This document shows, piece by piece, positions 18,656 to 27,521 of a DNA stretch of 64,000 nt. The position numbers and the translations under genes were made by a program. Location: NCBI GenBank assembly GCA_964628445.1, contig CAZVOP010000004.1, positions 9,635 through 73,634 on the forward strand, given 5' to 3'. Each line of letters starts with the position of its first letter. Position 1 is the stretch's first letter. This DNA is from an uncultured Pseudobdellovibrionaceae bacterium. Lineage in GTDB: Bacteria; Bdellovibrionota; Bdellovibrionia; Bdellovibrionales; UBA1609. The notes beneath the pieces are model-generated. The model made no database searches, was not told where the DNA came from, and was given only the letters and a program-made list of their open reading frames with translations.

Positions 18656-19558
18656 TCACTTACGCAAAATTGCGATGAATTCTTCTGTGAAGCTAAAGAT
18701 TTGATACGATTTGTACGGCCATTCTAATTTGGTCTCACAAAGTTGAAGTAGTTCTCTGAAGGAATTCGGGGTCCAAACATGGAAGTGGATATCGTCGCTA
18801 TTGTGATCAAACTTCGCGATGTACTCTTCAAGTTTTTTTTCTCTTAAATTCATTACTTTTTTCCCGTATTCTCGCATATGCGATTCGCGACTTGCATGAG
18901 GGCCGTCAACGAAGTCGGACAAGATATGGTTGGGTGGGGTGATCGAGCGCTTTTTGTCAAAGCTTGCGCGTTTGTCGGGGATGGCGAGATAGACCAAGCC
19001 ATCAGATTTAAGCTTGGAAGACATATTAAGGAGAACTTGTATTGGATTTTCCGAGTGTTCCAGCATGTGATTTGCAATTATAAAATCCAAACTTGCCTGC
19101 TTGATGGGGCCAAGTGTTTCGCTTGATGCCAAAATCGTGGGAATAATTAGAAGATAGTCATTCAATTCCCGATAGGTTTCGCGCTTTAAAGTATGCGGAT
19201 ACCGATCAACATAAGTAACTTGGCAATTCTCAGGTAGTAAGACGGGACAGTGAAGCCCGCCAATTTCGATGCCTTCTCCACGGATTACTTCCTTGGCGAG
19301 ATGTGAACGTGTAACGCCGTTCCAATGGAGCACCAAAGATTGACGCTGGACCATGCGGTTATATTTTTTTAACCATTCTGGATGATCCGACAAATCTTGA
19401 AGTTTTCCCCCAACAGGCAGACGCTCTAGGAATAACTGCTCTACGGCCTCTTTATGAAGGGAGAGGGCAGAATTCCGCTGCTGAATTAGACGCTCGACCC
19501 GAATTACGACCGGTTTGAGCAGTGGTAAATTTCTAAACAAATTAAATATTCGCCTCAT
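18656..19558 (-). CDS. Class I SAM-dependent methyltransferase
   Basis: GIEIGG (motif I), LDFIIANHMLEHSENP and GLVYLAIPD fit a Methyltransf_11/23-like fold. Confidence 0.7.
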   Translation of the reverse strand: MRRIFNLFRNLPLLKPVVIRVERLIQQRNSALSLHKEAVEQLFLERLPVGGKLQDLSDHPEWLKKYNRMVQRQSLVLHWNGVTRSHLAKEVIRGEGIEIGGLHCPVLLPENCQVTYVDRYPHTLKRETYRELNDYLLIIPTILASSETLGPIKQASLDFIIANHMLEHSENPIQVLLNMSSKLKSDGLVYLAIPDKRASFDKKRSITPPNHILSDFVDGPHASRESHMREYGKKVMNLREKKLEEYIAKFDHNSDDIHFHVWTPNSFRELLQLCETKLEWPYKSYQIFSFTEEFIAILRK

Positions 19559-19754
19559 AGCGGGATCGTATTTAGAATTTTAATAAGAGTCCAGCTTGAA
19601 AGCCCGATTGAGGCGCGAAAGTAATGGCTTGGGCTTTACCTAATGCGGTTAAAAAGGTTGAATTATCTCACAGGAAGATCCAATGGTACTGCGGGAACTC
19701 GGTTCGGGAGATTGTCGCCGAAAACATCTGTCATACGGTCACTGGCATATCCAT

Positions 19755-20369
19755 CTATTTTTGCAAGGTGGCGGCCGCGAGCAGCCTCATGCAGCGCTGC
19801 TGAATGCTTTTGACAACGGAAAATTTGATTCCTAAAAGCCTTCGCGATTCCTTAGCATTTAGTTTGATCGTCATGCGCTTAGGGAAATAGGGGGCCGAAT
19901 CGTAAAGATCAAAGGCCGCCCTAATCTTTGAAGGGGAAACTCCCGATTTGCGGATTCGGTCGTTCATTTCCTGCTTAATATCCTCGGACAGTGCAAGCAC
20001 GGTTGACTGGTCTTGGCCCTTTACTAAGGTCAGGTTCTTTGGCGAACGCTTGTGCGTGCAGGACAAAACGTCGCCGGCACTGGTGAGCAGGCAAAGTCGG
20101 AAGGCACTTAAGTGGTTGACGGAGAGAGTGGTTTCTCCCCTGGTGAAAATGACCGAAGCCGTTTTAGCCAAGATAACTTCATTCGTAAATTTGCCATAGC
20201 TGGGTTGGCCCCCGAAGACTGTGTATTCAATGATACCCAGGGCTGCCGCACTTTCCACCAAAGCCATATCGGCTTTTTTGACCGTGCCGAAAAACAATTC
20301 TGTTGGGGTGGCGAAGGCGTTTTTGGTCGTCAAAGCCAGAACGGCAATAACCAAATTTCGCAAGAGCAT
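19755..20369 (-). CDS. Secreted hypothetical protein
   Basis: GGAGG lies 7 nt upstream of ATG 20369. MLLRNLVIAVLALTTKNAFA is a signal peptide. No domain recognised. The track ORF extends to 20459 without support. Confidence 0.6.
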   Translation of the reverse strand: MLLRNLVIAVLALTTKNAFATPTELFFGTVKKADMALVESAAALGIIEYTVFGGQPSYGKFTNEVILAKTASVIFTRGETTLSVNHLSAFRLCLLTSAGDVLSCTHKRSPKNLTLVKGQDQSTVLALSEDIKQEMNDRIRKSGVSPSKIRAAFDLYDSAPYFPKRMTIKLNAKESRRLLGIKFSVVKSIQQRCMRLLAAATLQK

Positions 20370-20462
20370 TCGCTGGCCTCCACTAATCTGGTTTGTAGCT
20401 TGATTTTGGAATGTCTTGGAGCCTTTTTGCGTTACGCTGTGGCGCAAAAAAGGCTCCAAGAC

Positions 20463-21872
20463 CTACCACTTCATCTGCCGCATCTTCTCCAACACGCCTT
20501 TTTTCTCGAGCACGTGGTAGGTGGCGGGCGAAACGTAGATCCGCGGGATGAAATTGCGGTAGTGGCTCAAGACCTTCATCAACGACTGCGAGACATCGGT
20601 CAAAAGCTTAAGCTCATTGTGCCGGGTCAAAACCTTCACCGTGTCGCGTGATTTGATCGGATCGCCCTTGGATTTTTTAAGGTCGTCCGGGTTGCGGGTG
20701 AACATGACGTCGCGTTGCGGGATGTCGTCGATCATCCAGGCGTCAGGGGCGACACTCTTCAATTCCTCTTTGAGCCATGCGGTGGCTTGCTGGCACTGCC
20801 GCACTAAAGACTTACGATGCTCTTCGTTTTCGATCACCGTAGGTTTCAATGGCGCGATTCGGATTTGCGCGGGCGGAGTACGACGAGCGAGCATCTCGCT
20901 CAGCTCGCCGATCATGGGATGGCGTGCGCGGCCCGCCAAGTAGTCGTGCAGCTTCGCCATGAAGTAGGAATCGTTGAAGGTGAAGTACTCGTAAGGATTT
21001 TGCGAAACCTTGTCCATCAGGTCTTCGAATGAGAACGACAGATGGTTCTCGAGGAAGTACTCGCCGATCTTTGCGGCCAGCAGGTCGAACTTATAGCCCG
21101 TCCCCTCGTGAATGATCTGCGAGTACCAAAAATACCTGGCCACCAAAAACGAATCGACCACGTTGATGCCGTCTTCGTGAATGCACAGCATGTCTTGGCC
21201 GTTCTCGTTATGCAGGCGCATTGCGCGGATCAAGAAATCCAAGTCGAACAAGCCGATCTTGACGCCGGTGTGGTTGGCGTCGCGGATCAAGTAATCCATA
21301 CGGTCGGCGTCGACGTCGGCGTGCATGAGTTGATTGGCGAGCAAGTTTTGCGATTTGCCGGCGATGATTTGCGAAAGTTCGACCGGATCGATGCCTTCGT
21401 CCTTCAAGATGCGCGTGATGCCGCCGTCGAAATCGGTGTTCAAAATGATATGCGAGCCCAGCACTTCGTGATTGGACGTGTACTTCGGTTTTTGCACTTG
21501 GCTTTGATTGCGCCAGTGATTGATGTAGGCCATCTCGACCGAGTGGGAAAAAGGGAAGGTGCCGATATCGTGAAGCATGGCCGCAAGACGCATCATGCGA
21601 TGGAAAGTCGTTTTCTCATCGCGCGCTTTGGGATCGAACATTTTCTCGTCGCTTGTGGCCAAACCCAAACTTCTAAGAATACGATCCATAACGTGGCTTA
21701 CGCCTAAAGCGTGGGCATGACGCGTATGGGTTGCGCCGGGGAAGATGTAAAAACTGAAGCCCAACTGTCTGATCCAGCGCAGTCGCTGATAGTAGAGTGT
21801 CTCGAGAATCCGGGTTTCGACCCGGTTAAGCGTGATGTAGCCGTGGATATTGTCGAATATGACTTTTTTCAT
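20463..21872 (-). CDS. HD-domain phosphohydrolase, SAMHD1/EF1143-like (COG1078 dNTP triphosphohydrolase family)
   Basis: HTRHAHALGVSHV, LHDIGTFPFSH (HD) and HADVDADRMDYLIRD are the metal-ligand set and DxDRxDYLxRD motif of this family. Confidence 0.85.
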   Translation of the reverse strand: MKKVIFDNIHGYITLNRVETRILETLYYQRLRWIRQLGFSFYIFPGATHTRHAHALGVSHVMDRILRSLGLATSDEKMFDPKARDEKTTFHRMMRLAAMLHDIGTFPFSHSVEMAYINHWRNQSQVQKPKYTSNHEVLGSHIILNTDFDGGITRILKDEGIDPVELSQIIAGKSQNLLANQLMHADVDADRMDYLIRDANHTGVKIGLFDLDFLIRAMRLHNENGQDMLCIHEDGINVVDSFLVARYFWYSQIIHEGTGYKFDLLAAKIGEYFLENHLSFSFEDLMDKVSQNPYEYFTFNDSYFMAKLHDYLAGRARHPMIGELSEMLARRTPPAQIRIAPLKPTVIENEEHRKSLVRQCQQATAWLKEELKSVAPDAWMIDDIPQRDVMFTRNPDDLKKSKGDPIKSRDTVKVLTRHNELKLLTDVSQSLMKVLSHYRNFIPRIYVSPATYHVLEKKGVLEKMRQMKW

Positions 21873-21985
21873 CAGTCATCAGTATCGCCTCTTGAAGCCT
21901 GTCATTGAACTTAAGATTTCGAGTTACTGGACCGATGGCCAAATATTAAACGATTTTCATTCGGGACGGGGGTCGAGTCAGCCTA

Positions 21986-22005
21986 CCATTCATCGCCCAT
22001 TCATC
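21986..22005 (+). promoter_or_regulatory. Perfect 9-nt direct repeat CCATTCATC-gc-CCATTCATC (11-bp period), candidate regulator binding site
   Basis: Read directly from the sequence. It lies 36 nt upstream of ATG 22042, in the divergent region between the HD gene and the transglutaminase operon. It shares the TTCAT-N6-TTCAT core with the 23-nt motif at 29962 and 31083. Confidence 0.3.
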
Positions 22006-22041
22006 TTATTATGGGGACTTCGAAAACAATGAGGAGAGTGA

Positions 22042-22152
22042 ATGTTAACCGCAGTCGTAGTTATTGTTTCCGTAGCCGCGTTGCTCGCGGCCAAAGCTGC
22101 ACAAAAGCAGCTTATTCCCGCTAAAGTGAACGCCGGAAAATCCAAACCGTGA
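22042..22152 (+). CDS. Candidate 36-aa single-pass membrane microprotein
   Basis: Below the ORF-track cutoff. GAGGAG lies 5 nt upstream of ATG 22042. The translation is MLTAVVVIVSVAALLAAKAAQKQLIPAKVNAGKSKP. The stop TGA (22150-22152) overlaps the GTG start (22149) of the next gene (GTGA). Confidence 0.4.
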   Translation: MLTAVVVIVSVAALLAAKAAQKQLIPAKVNAGKSKP

Positions 22153-24017
22153 GACACATCTTCCTGCTTATGGGGCTAGTGGGCTGCATGCATGCGAACG
22201 CCACCTGGCTCTCGGTCAAAGAAGCGGGAAGTGTGATCGAAAAATTCCACACCGACTACGAGGTTTTTAAAAACGGCTCGTGGGTGCAGACGGTCGACTA
22301 TGTGATCCGTGTGCAAAGCGAAGATTCCAAAGTCAACGCCAGTCTTCTTCCGATCGAGTACAACGCTTTTACCGATCAGGTGGAAGTGCTTGAGGCGTTC
22401 ACGCAAAATGGAAAAGAAAAAATTCCGGTGGATCCCTCGGCGATCGAGGATCGCGATAAAGGCGAGTCGAAAGACTATGACGTGCAGCGGGTCCGATCGA
22501 TCGTTTTTCCGCGCGTCGAAATCGGCTCAAGGCTTCATGTGCGCTACCGCGTGAAAACCACCAAACCGCTGATCGAAGATCGTTGGTCGACCGAAGTTTC
22601 GGTTTTCCCAAGCTTTCACATCGAGAGTTACCTGGTGAAGGTGCGCTCCGAAATGCCGCTCTTTTTTGAAGTTCAAGACCCGCGCGGGCTTTTGAACGTT
22701 AAGCAGCCGAATGCGAAAACCATCGAAGTGCGCAACCGAAAAACGCTTCCGGGCTGGGTGCATGCGGAGAAAGACGCCTACTTTCACCCGGGCGGCAACA
22801 GCGAGGTTTGGATCTCGACGCATAAAGATTGGTCCACATTTTTTAGTGGCCTTGGCAAAAGCTACGATGAAATTTTAAGCGCGGGCGTGCCGGAAAAATT
22901 AAAGCCGTTGGTGAAGCAGGCTTTGAAAATGAAATCGACCGCGGAGAAAATAAAATTCATCAACGAGGAGGTCAGTCGTGAATTTCGCTACTTCGGCGAT
23001 TGGCGCCGCCATAACGGCGGCCTTGTTCCTCGTCCTTTAAAGGAAATCGAAAAATCGCGTTACGGCGATTGCAAAGATTTGGCGATGCTCGTGACCTCGT
23101 TGTTGCGCGCACTTAAACTTGACGCTCACGTCGCTTTGGTCCGCCGCGGGGAAAATCCGTGGGGTAATGAGCCTGACTACAATTTGCCGGCGACGAATCA
23201 TTTCAATCACGCGATCGTTTCCGTCAAAGACGGCGGGAAAACCTATTGGCTGGATGCGACCAATCCCGTCACCTCGCTTGAACCCTATCCGGATATCTCG
23301 GGAAGGCCGTCTTGGTTGATGGGCGAGGGTGGAGGCTTTGCTAGGTTGCCTGAGGCTCAGGCTGAGCAATTCGTGAACGTACACAACTATGAATACCGCT
23401 TTCAAGATGAAGACACGGTCAAAGTGAAAGTCGATGCGAGCTTCGAAAAGCTTGCGCCCTACAACATGGCCAATAATTTAATGCTGGCCGCGCGAAGCGA
23501 AGTTTTGTCCTCGACGCTGGATTATTTTAGCGAGGGACAAGAAGTGAAGGGCCACCGCTTTTTAAAAGAGCCGCAAACCGGGCGCACTTTGAGCGACATG
23601 AAGTTGTCGCTTGAGTACACCGCGGGCAGGGTCACCTTCAATGCCGGAAAATCCGCGTTCTGGGTGATTCCCGACGGCTTCTTGCAAGGATCGTTTTACG
23701 AAACCGATGAGCGCGAAAGCGACATGAAGATCGGCGATGAGCCCTATGTGTTTCGCGGCACCAGGCGATTGAAGGACACTAAGCTTGCGCAAGAGATTCC
23801 CGATCCTTGCAAAGTCGATTCGAGGTGGATGAGCCTTGAGCGCAGCATAAAGATCGACGGTCGTGATGTGGTCATCAACCAAGAGATCGTGCTTCGTCGC
23901 CCCTTTGTGACCAAGGCCGAATTCAAATCGGCGGCGTTTCGCAAACTCCAGGAAGACACCAAGGGTTGTTTTTACCGCTCCGGCGTTCTTATTGAAGCGA
24001 ACAAAAATAAAGGTTAG
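22149..24017 (+). CDS. DUF3857-like / transglutaminase-like cysteine protease domain lipoprotein
   Basis: GTG start with a short lipobox-like N-terminus (LMGLVGC). YGDCKDLAMLVTSLLRAL (Cys), NHFNHAIV (His) and YWLDAT (Asp) form the transglutaminase core triad. Confidence 0.85.
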   Translation: MRHIFLLMGLVGCMHANATWLSVKEAGSVIEKFHTDYEVFKNGSWVQTVDYVIRVQSEDSKVNASLLPIEYNAFTDQVEVLEAFTQNGKEKIPVDPSAIEDRDKGESKDYDVQRVRSIVFPRVEIGSRLHVRYRVKTTKPLIEDRWSTEVSVFPSFHIESYLVKVRSEMPLFFEVQDPRGLLNVKQPNAKTIEVRNRKTLPGWVHAEKDAYFHPGGNSEVWISTHKDWSTFFSGLGKSYDEILSAGVPEKLKPLVKQALKMKSTAEKIKFINEEVSREFRYFGDWRRHNGGLVPRPLKEIEKSRYGDCKDLAMLVTSLLRALKLDAHVALVRRGENPWGNEPDYNLPATNHFNHAIVSVKDGGKTYWLDATNPVTSLEPYPDISGRPSWLMGEGGGFARLPEAQAEQFVNVHNYEYRFQDEDTVKVKVDASFEKLAPYNMANNLMLAARSEVLSSTLDYFSEGQEVKGHRFLKEPQTGRTLSDMKLSLEYTAGRVTFNAGKSAFWVIPDGFLQGSFYETDERESDMKIGDEPYVFRGTRRLKDTKLAQEIPDPCKVDSRWMSLERSIKIDGRDVVINQEIVLRRPFVTKAEFKSAAFRKLQEDTKGCFYRSGVLIEANKNKG

Positions 24018-24020
24018 GCT

Positions 24021-24701
24021 TTGGGTATGGAACAACTTGATTTGATGAAACTAGGAGCTGAACTCGGCATGACTTTCGTGCCGTTTTTGTTTGCACTTTG
24101 CTTCCACGAATACGCCCACGGCTTGGTGGCGAAGTGGCGCGGCGATGACACGGCCATGCGCATGGGCCGGCTGACCATGAATCCTTTTGCCCATGCTGAC
24201 ACTTTAGGCACTTTTATCTTGCCGATCGCGGCGATCGCTTTTCACAGCCCCTTCTTTTTTGGTTGGGCGAAGCCGGTGCCGGTCGATGAACGCAATCTCA
24301 AAAACCGCCGTAGCGACATGTTTTGGGTGGCTCTTGCCGGTCCACTTTCGAATTTGCTGATGGCTTTGGTCGGCACCGTTTTGCTGGCCGTGGTGATGGC
24401 TAAGTTCAGCCACCTGGCCTCGGCCCCGGCCTTGATGCGGCTGCTGCAGACCTTTTTGGTGATCAACCTGTTTTTATGCTTCTTCAATTTGATCCCGATC
24501 CATCCGCTCGATGGGGGTAAAGTTTTGGCGCCCTTTCTGCCGGCGACTTGGAATATTTGGCTTGAGAACAATCAAGGTACGCTGAACATGGCGCTTCTGA
24601 TGATTTTGCTGTTGGGAGGCGGGTTGCTGGCGATGCCTGTTTATGCCGCAGTCCATGTGCTCGAGGCTTTGGCGACCTCTTTAGCTGTCGCAATAGGCTA
24701 A
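24021..24701 (+). CDS. Site-2 protease family zinc metalloprotease (peptidase M50)
   Basis: HEYAHGLVA (HExxH) and FNLIPIHPLDGGKV (NxxPxxxLDG) occur in a multi-TM 226-aa protein. The start may instead be ATG 24027. Confidence 0.85.
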   Translation: MGMEQLDLMKLGAELGMTFVPFLFALCFHEYAHGLVAKWRGDDTAMRMGRLTMNPFAHADTLGTFILPIAAIAFHSPFFFGWAKPVPVDERNLKNRRSDMFWVALAGPLSNLLMALVGTVLLAVVMAKFSHLASAPALMRLLQTFLVINLFLCFFNLIPIHPLDGGKVLAPFLPATWNIWLENNQGTLNMALLMILLLGGGLLAMPVYAAVHVLEALATSLAVAIG

Positions 24702-24745
24702 AAAAGTCTTGAATTTCCGGACTTTGGTTGGTGTGATTAGCCTGA

Positions 24746-26071
24746 ATGAGCATACACGTCCAATTAGATCGATTTGAAGGCCCACTTGGCCTACTTCTGC
24801 ACCTTATTCGGGAGCAGGAGATGGATATTTTTAATATCAATATCCACGAGATCACGCGCCAGTACTTAGAGTACATCAAGACCATGCGGCGCTTGGATTT
24901 GGAAGTCGCCGGTGAGTTTGTCGCCATGGCCGCGACGTTGATTCATATTAAATCCCGCATGCTTTTGCCTCAATACAACGAAGAGGGCGAAGAGGTTTCC
25001 GAGGATCCGCGCAAAGAGCTGGTGCAGAAACTCATGGAATACAAAAAGTTCCGCGAGCTTTCGACCGAGTTGTACAAACGCCCGTTGCTTGGCCGCGACG
25101 TTTTTACGCGCGGTGAACGCGAGGATGTCGAGGCTTTGGAAGAGGGCGAGCTGGTTTTGGAAGAAAACCCGTTGTTCTCTTTGATCGCTTCGTTTCGCGG
25201 CGCCATGAAGAACATGAAGAAGACCGTGCACAATGTGTCGTCTTCATTGAAGTCGATCGCCGAACGCATTTTGGAAATCAAAGACCGCTTGATCGTCGGC
25301 CAGCGCACGGTGATGCGCGAGCTGATCACCGAAACCGAAAACATGAGCAATCAGGTGTTGCTCACCTTCTTGTCTTTGCTTGAGCTTGCCAAGATGGGCT
25401 TTATCTCCGTTTTTCAGAATGAAGCTTTCGCCGATATTTTTATCGACACCAAACGTACGATCGACCGCGATGTGGTCTCGCAAGTCGAGAACTACGACAG
25501 CGTGAATGCTTCGGCCACGGCTGAGGCCATCATTAACGATGCCCAGCTGAGCTTGGATGAAGCGGTGCCGATGTATGAGGGCGAGGAAGCGCCGGTCGTG
25601 GTGGAGAGCTTCGCCGATGCGGCGACCGACGAGGAGATTGCGGCCGAAGAGGCCTTGCTTGAGGTCCGCGCGGTCGATAGTCCGGGTGAGGTGGCGGAAG
25701 AGATCGCCCATGAACAGGAATTTTTGGAAAGTACCAATGGTCCGTTGGTTATGGGATTTGAGGGCGAGGCTAGCTTCGGCGCAGAAGGTGCGGAGCCGAT
25801 ACATGCGGCTCCGGAGGAGACCGCCGTTGAGCCCAGCCGGCCCATCGAATTTCTGCCGCCGCAGATGATTCAGGAGATGCCGGAAGAGTTTTTGGCCTCT
25901 GAGCCCGACGCCACCTTCGGCGCCGAAGGTTCAGAACCGATACACCCTGTCGATCAAAATGTGAATTCCGCCCTAAGCGCGGCGTTAGCCGCCTTTGACG
26001 CCTTCAATGAAGTCGAAGAAGCGGAAGAGAAGCCTTCTGAAGAAGAGAAACCGCCCGAGGTAGAACCATGA
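24746..26071 (+). CDS. scpA: Segregation and condensation protein A with ~190-aa acidic C-terminal extension
   Basis: VQLDRFEGPLGLLLHLIREQEMDIFNINIHEITRQYLEYI...MAATLIHIKSRMLLP is collinear with B. subtilis ScpA. The tail is rich in Glu, Ala and Pro. Confidence 0.9.
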   Translation: MSIHVQLDRFEGPLGLLLHLIREQEMDIFNINIHEITRQYLEYIKTMRRLDLEVAGEFVAMAATLIHIKSRMLLPQYNEEGEEVSEDPRKELVQKLMEYKKFRELSTELYKRPLLGRDVFTRGEREDVEALEEGELVLEENPLFSLIASFRGAMKNMKKTVHNVSSSLKSIAERILEIKDRLIVGQRTVMRELITETENMSNQVLLTFLSLLELAKMGFISVFQNEAFADIFIDTKRTIDRDVVSQVENYDSVNASATAEAIINDAQLSLDEAVPMYEGEEAPVVVESFADAATDEEIAAEEALLEVRAVDSPGEVAEEIAHEQEFLESTNGPLVMGFEGEASFGAEGAEPIHAAPEETAVEPSRPIEFLPPQMIQEMPEEFLASEPDATFGAEGSEPIHPVDQNVNSALSAALAAFDAFNEVEEAEEKPSEEEKPPEVEP

Positions 26072-27456
26072 GCAAAAAGAAAAAAGCAGCTAAGACCAGC
26101 AAAAAAGGCGATTGGAAAAAGAAGCCTCAGCCCACGCCCTTAGAGGCGGCTGCGGAAGCGCGCGAAGAGGCGGCGGTCGAAGAATCTCCGAATTCCGAAC
26201 TCAATTTGGAATTTGCCGAAGATGAAGACGGCGACGGCGAGTTGCCGCTGAATGAAAACGAAGTGTTTATCGACATCGAACTTGAAGAAGGCCAAGAACT
26301 GGTCTTTGGCGAAGAGGGCGACGAAGAGGAAGAAGAAGAGCGCGTGGCCACCGACGAAGAAGTCGAAGGGTCTGACGAAGACGAGCAGATCATTGAAGCC
26401 GCGGCCGATGAACTCGCCGACACCGAACTCGCCTCATTTGAGTCCGCCAACATCGAAGATGTCGAGACGATCTCCGAAGGTGAGATTCGCTCGGTCGTCG
26501 AGAGCATTTTATTCTCGACCGACAAGCCGATCTCGATCGCTTTGATCAAGCAAGTTTTCAAGGGCACGCAAGTGAAGTCGAAAGACATCCGCGAAGCCTT
26601 GACCGCACTTTCGAAAGATTACTTGGAATCGAACCGCGGCTTCACGTTGGATGAAATTGCCGGCGGATTTCAGCTGCGCACCAAGCCCGAAAATATGAAG
26701 TACTTGCGCCAATCGGTGAAGGCGCGCCCGTTCCGCCTAAGCGGTCCGGCTTTGGAAGTGCTGTCGATCGTCGCTTACAAACAGCCGACCACCAAGGCTC
26801 AAATCGACGAGATCCGCGGCGTTGAGAGCGGGCATTTGTTGCGCGCTTTGATGGAAAAGCACCTCCTCACATTTGGAGAGCGCAGCGATCTTCCCGGTAA
26901 GCCCATGTTTTATGAGACCACGCGCAAGTTTTTGGAGATTTTCGGCCTACGCAATATCGCCGAGCTTCCGTCGCTTCACGAAATCGATCAGTTGATTCCT
27001 GAGGGAATCGGCGAAGAAGAAGTGAAGAAAGAAAAACTGAGCGATTTGACCGGCGAGCTTTCGACCGCCACGACCGAATCGTATTCGGTGGGCGAGGATG
27101 AGCTTTTGAAAATCACCGACGAGCTCAGCCACATCACCACCAGCTCCGATTTCTTTGAGCAAGAAAAGCAGCGCATGCGCGATAAGCGCGATGCCGACCG
27201 CGCGCAAGATATCCGCGAGAAGCAGATCGTGGGCGAAGAGGTCGACAACAAAGACGTGCGTTGGCTTGAACGCTATGATGCGGCCAAGCTTGCTGGTGTC
27301 GCGAATTCCGAGGAAGTTGATTTTGTGACGGAAGGAATTATGACTTCGACGGATGAAGTGCCGGCGGAAGTTGAGGCTTCAGCCGAAGGCGAACAGGCCG
27401 CAGTGGAAGAAGAGCAAGTTTCGGAAGAGAAGCGCTCGCCGGACGTCGAAGCCTAA
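26068..27456 (+). CDS. scpB: Segregation and condensation protein B with acidic N- and C-terminal extensions
   Basis: The start overlaps the scpA stop (ATGA). The core is IRSVVESILFSTDKPISIALIKQVF...GFQLRTKPE...LEVLSIVAYKQPTTKAQIDEIRGV (winged-helix ScpB). Confidence 0.88.
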   Translation: MSKKKKAAKTSKKGDWKKKPQPTPLEAAAEAREEAAVEESPNSELNLEFAEDEDGDGELPLNENEVFIDIELEEGQELVFGEEGDEEEEEERVATDEEVEGSDEDEQIIEAAADELADTELASFESANIEDVETISEGEIRSVVESILFSTDKPISIALIKQVFKGTQVKSKDIREALTALSKDYLESNRGFTLDEIAGGFQLRTKPENMKYLRQSVKARPFRLSGPALEVLSIVAYKQPTTKAQIDEIRGVESGHLLRALMEKHLLTFGERSDLPGKPMFYETTRKFLEIFGLRNIAELPSLHEIDQLIPEGIGEEEVKKEKLSDLTGELSTATTESYSVGEDELLKITDELSHITTSSDFFEQEKQRMRDKRDADRAQDIREKQIVGEEVDNKDVRWLERYDAAKLAGVANSEEVDFVTEGIMTSTDEVPAEVEASAEGEQAAVEEEQVSEEKRSPDVEA

Positions 27457-27521
27457 CGCGCCGACTCTATGCTGGGATCGAAACGTTGCGGCAAGTGTAG
27501 GGAATCGTTAGCGATCCGTGT

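Noticed and set aside
19559-19754. A 196-nt intergenic region containing a ~59-codon plus-strand ORF (MAWALPNAVKK...).
   Set aside because: It has no RBS. It runs into and antisense to the 3' end of the next gene, and its composition is unremarkable. It is most likely non-coding spacer.
21042-21707. A 221-aa plus-strand ORF. Similar long antisense ORFs lie at 25244..25804, 35654..36337, 43748..44341, 44735..45343, 46314..47099, 54904..55551, 56534..57109, 61637..62149 and 63423..63902.
   Set aside because: Each lies entirely antisense to a gene with clear conserved-family motifs (HD, scpA, TBDR, rimK, aminotransferase, hppA, RND and others). Their translations are Arg/His/Gly-rich and low-complexity, with no start context. 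These are typical shadow ORFs.
27457-27521. An imperfect inverted repeat (GGATCGAAACG...CGTTAGCGATCC) between convergent scpB and the FAD protein gene, considered as a bidirectional terminator.
   Set aside because: The stem is interrupted and has no flanking T/A tracts. It is plausible but not supportable without folding energy calculation.
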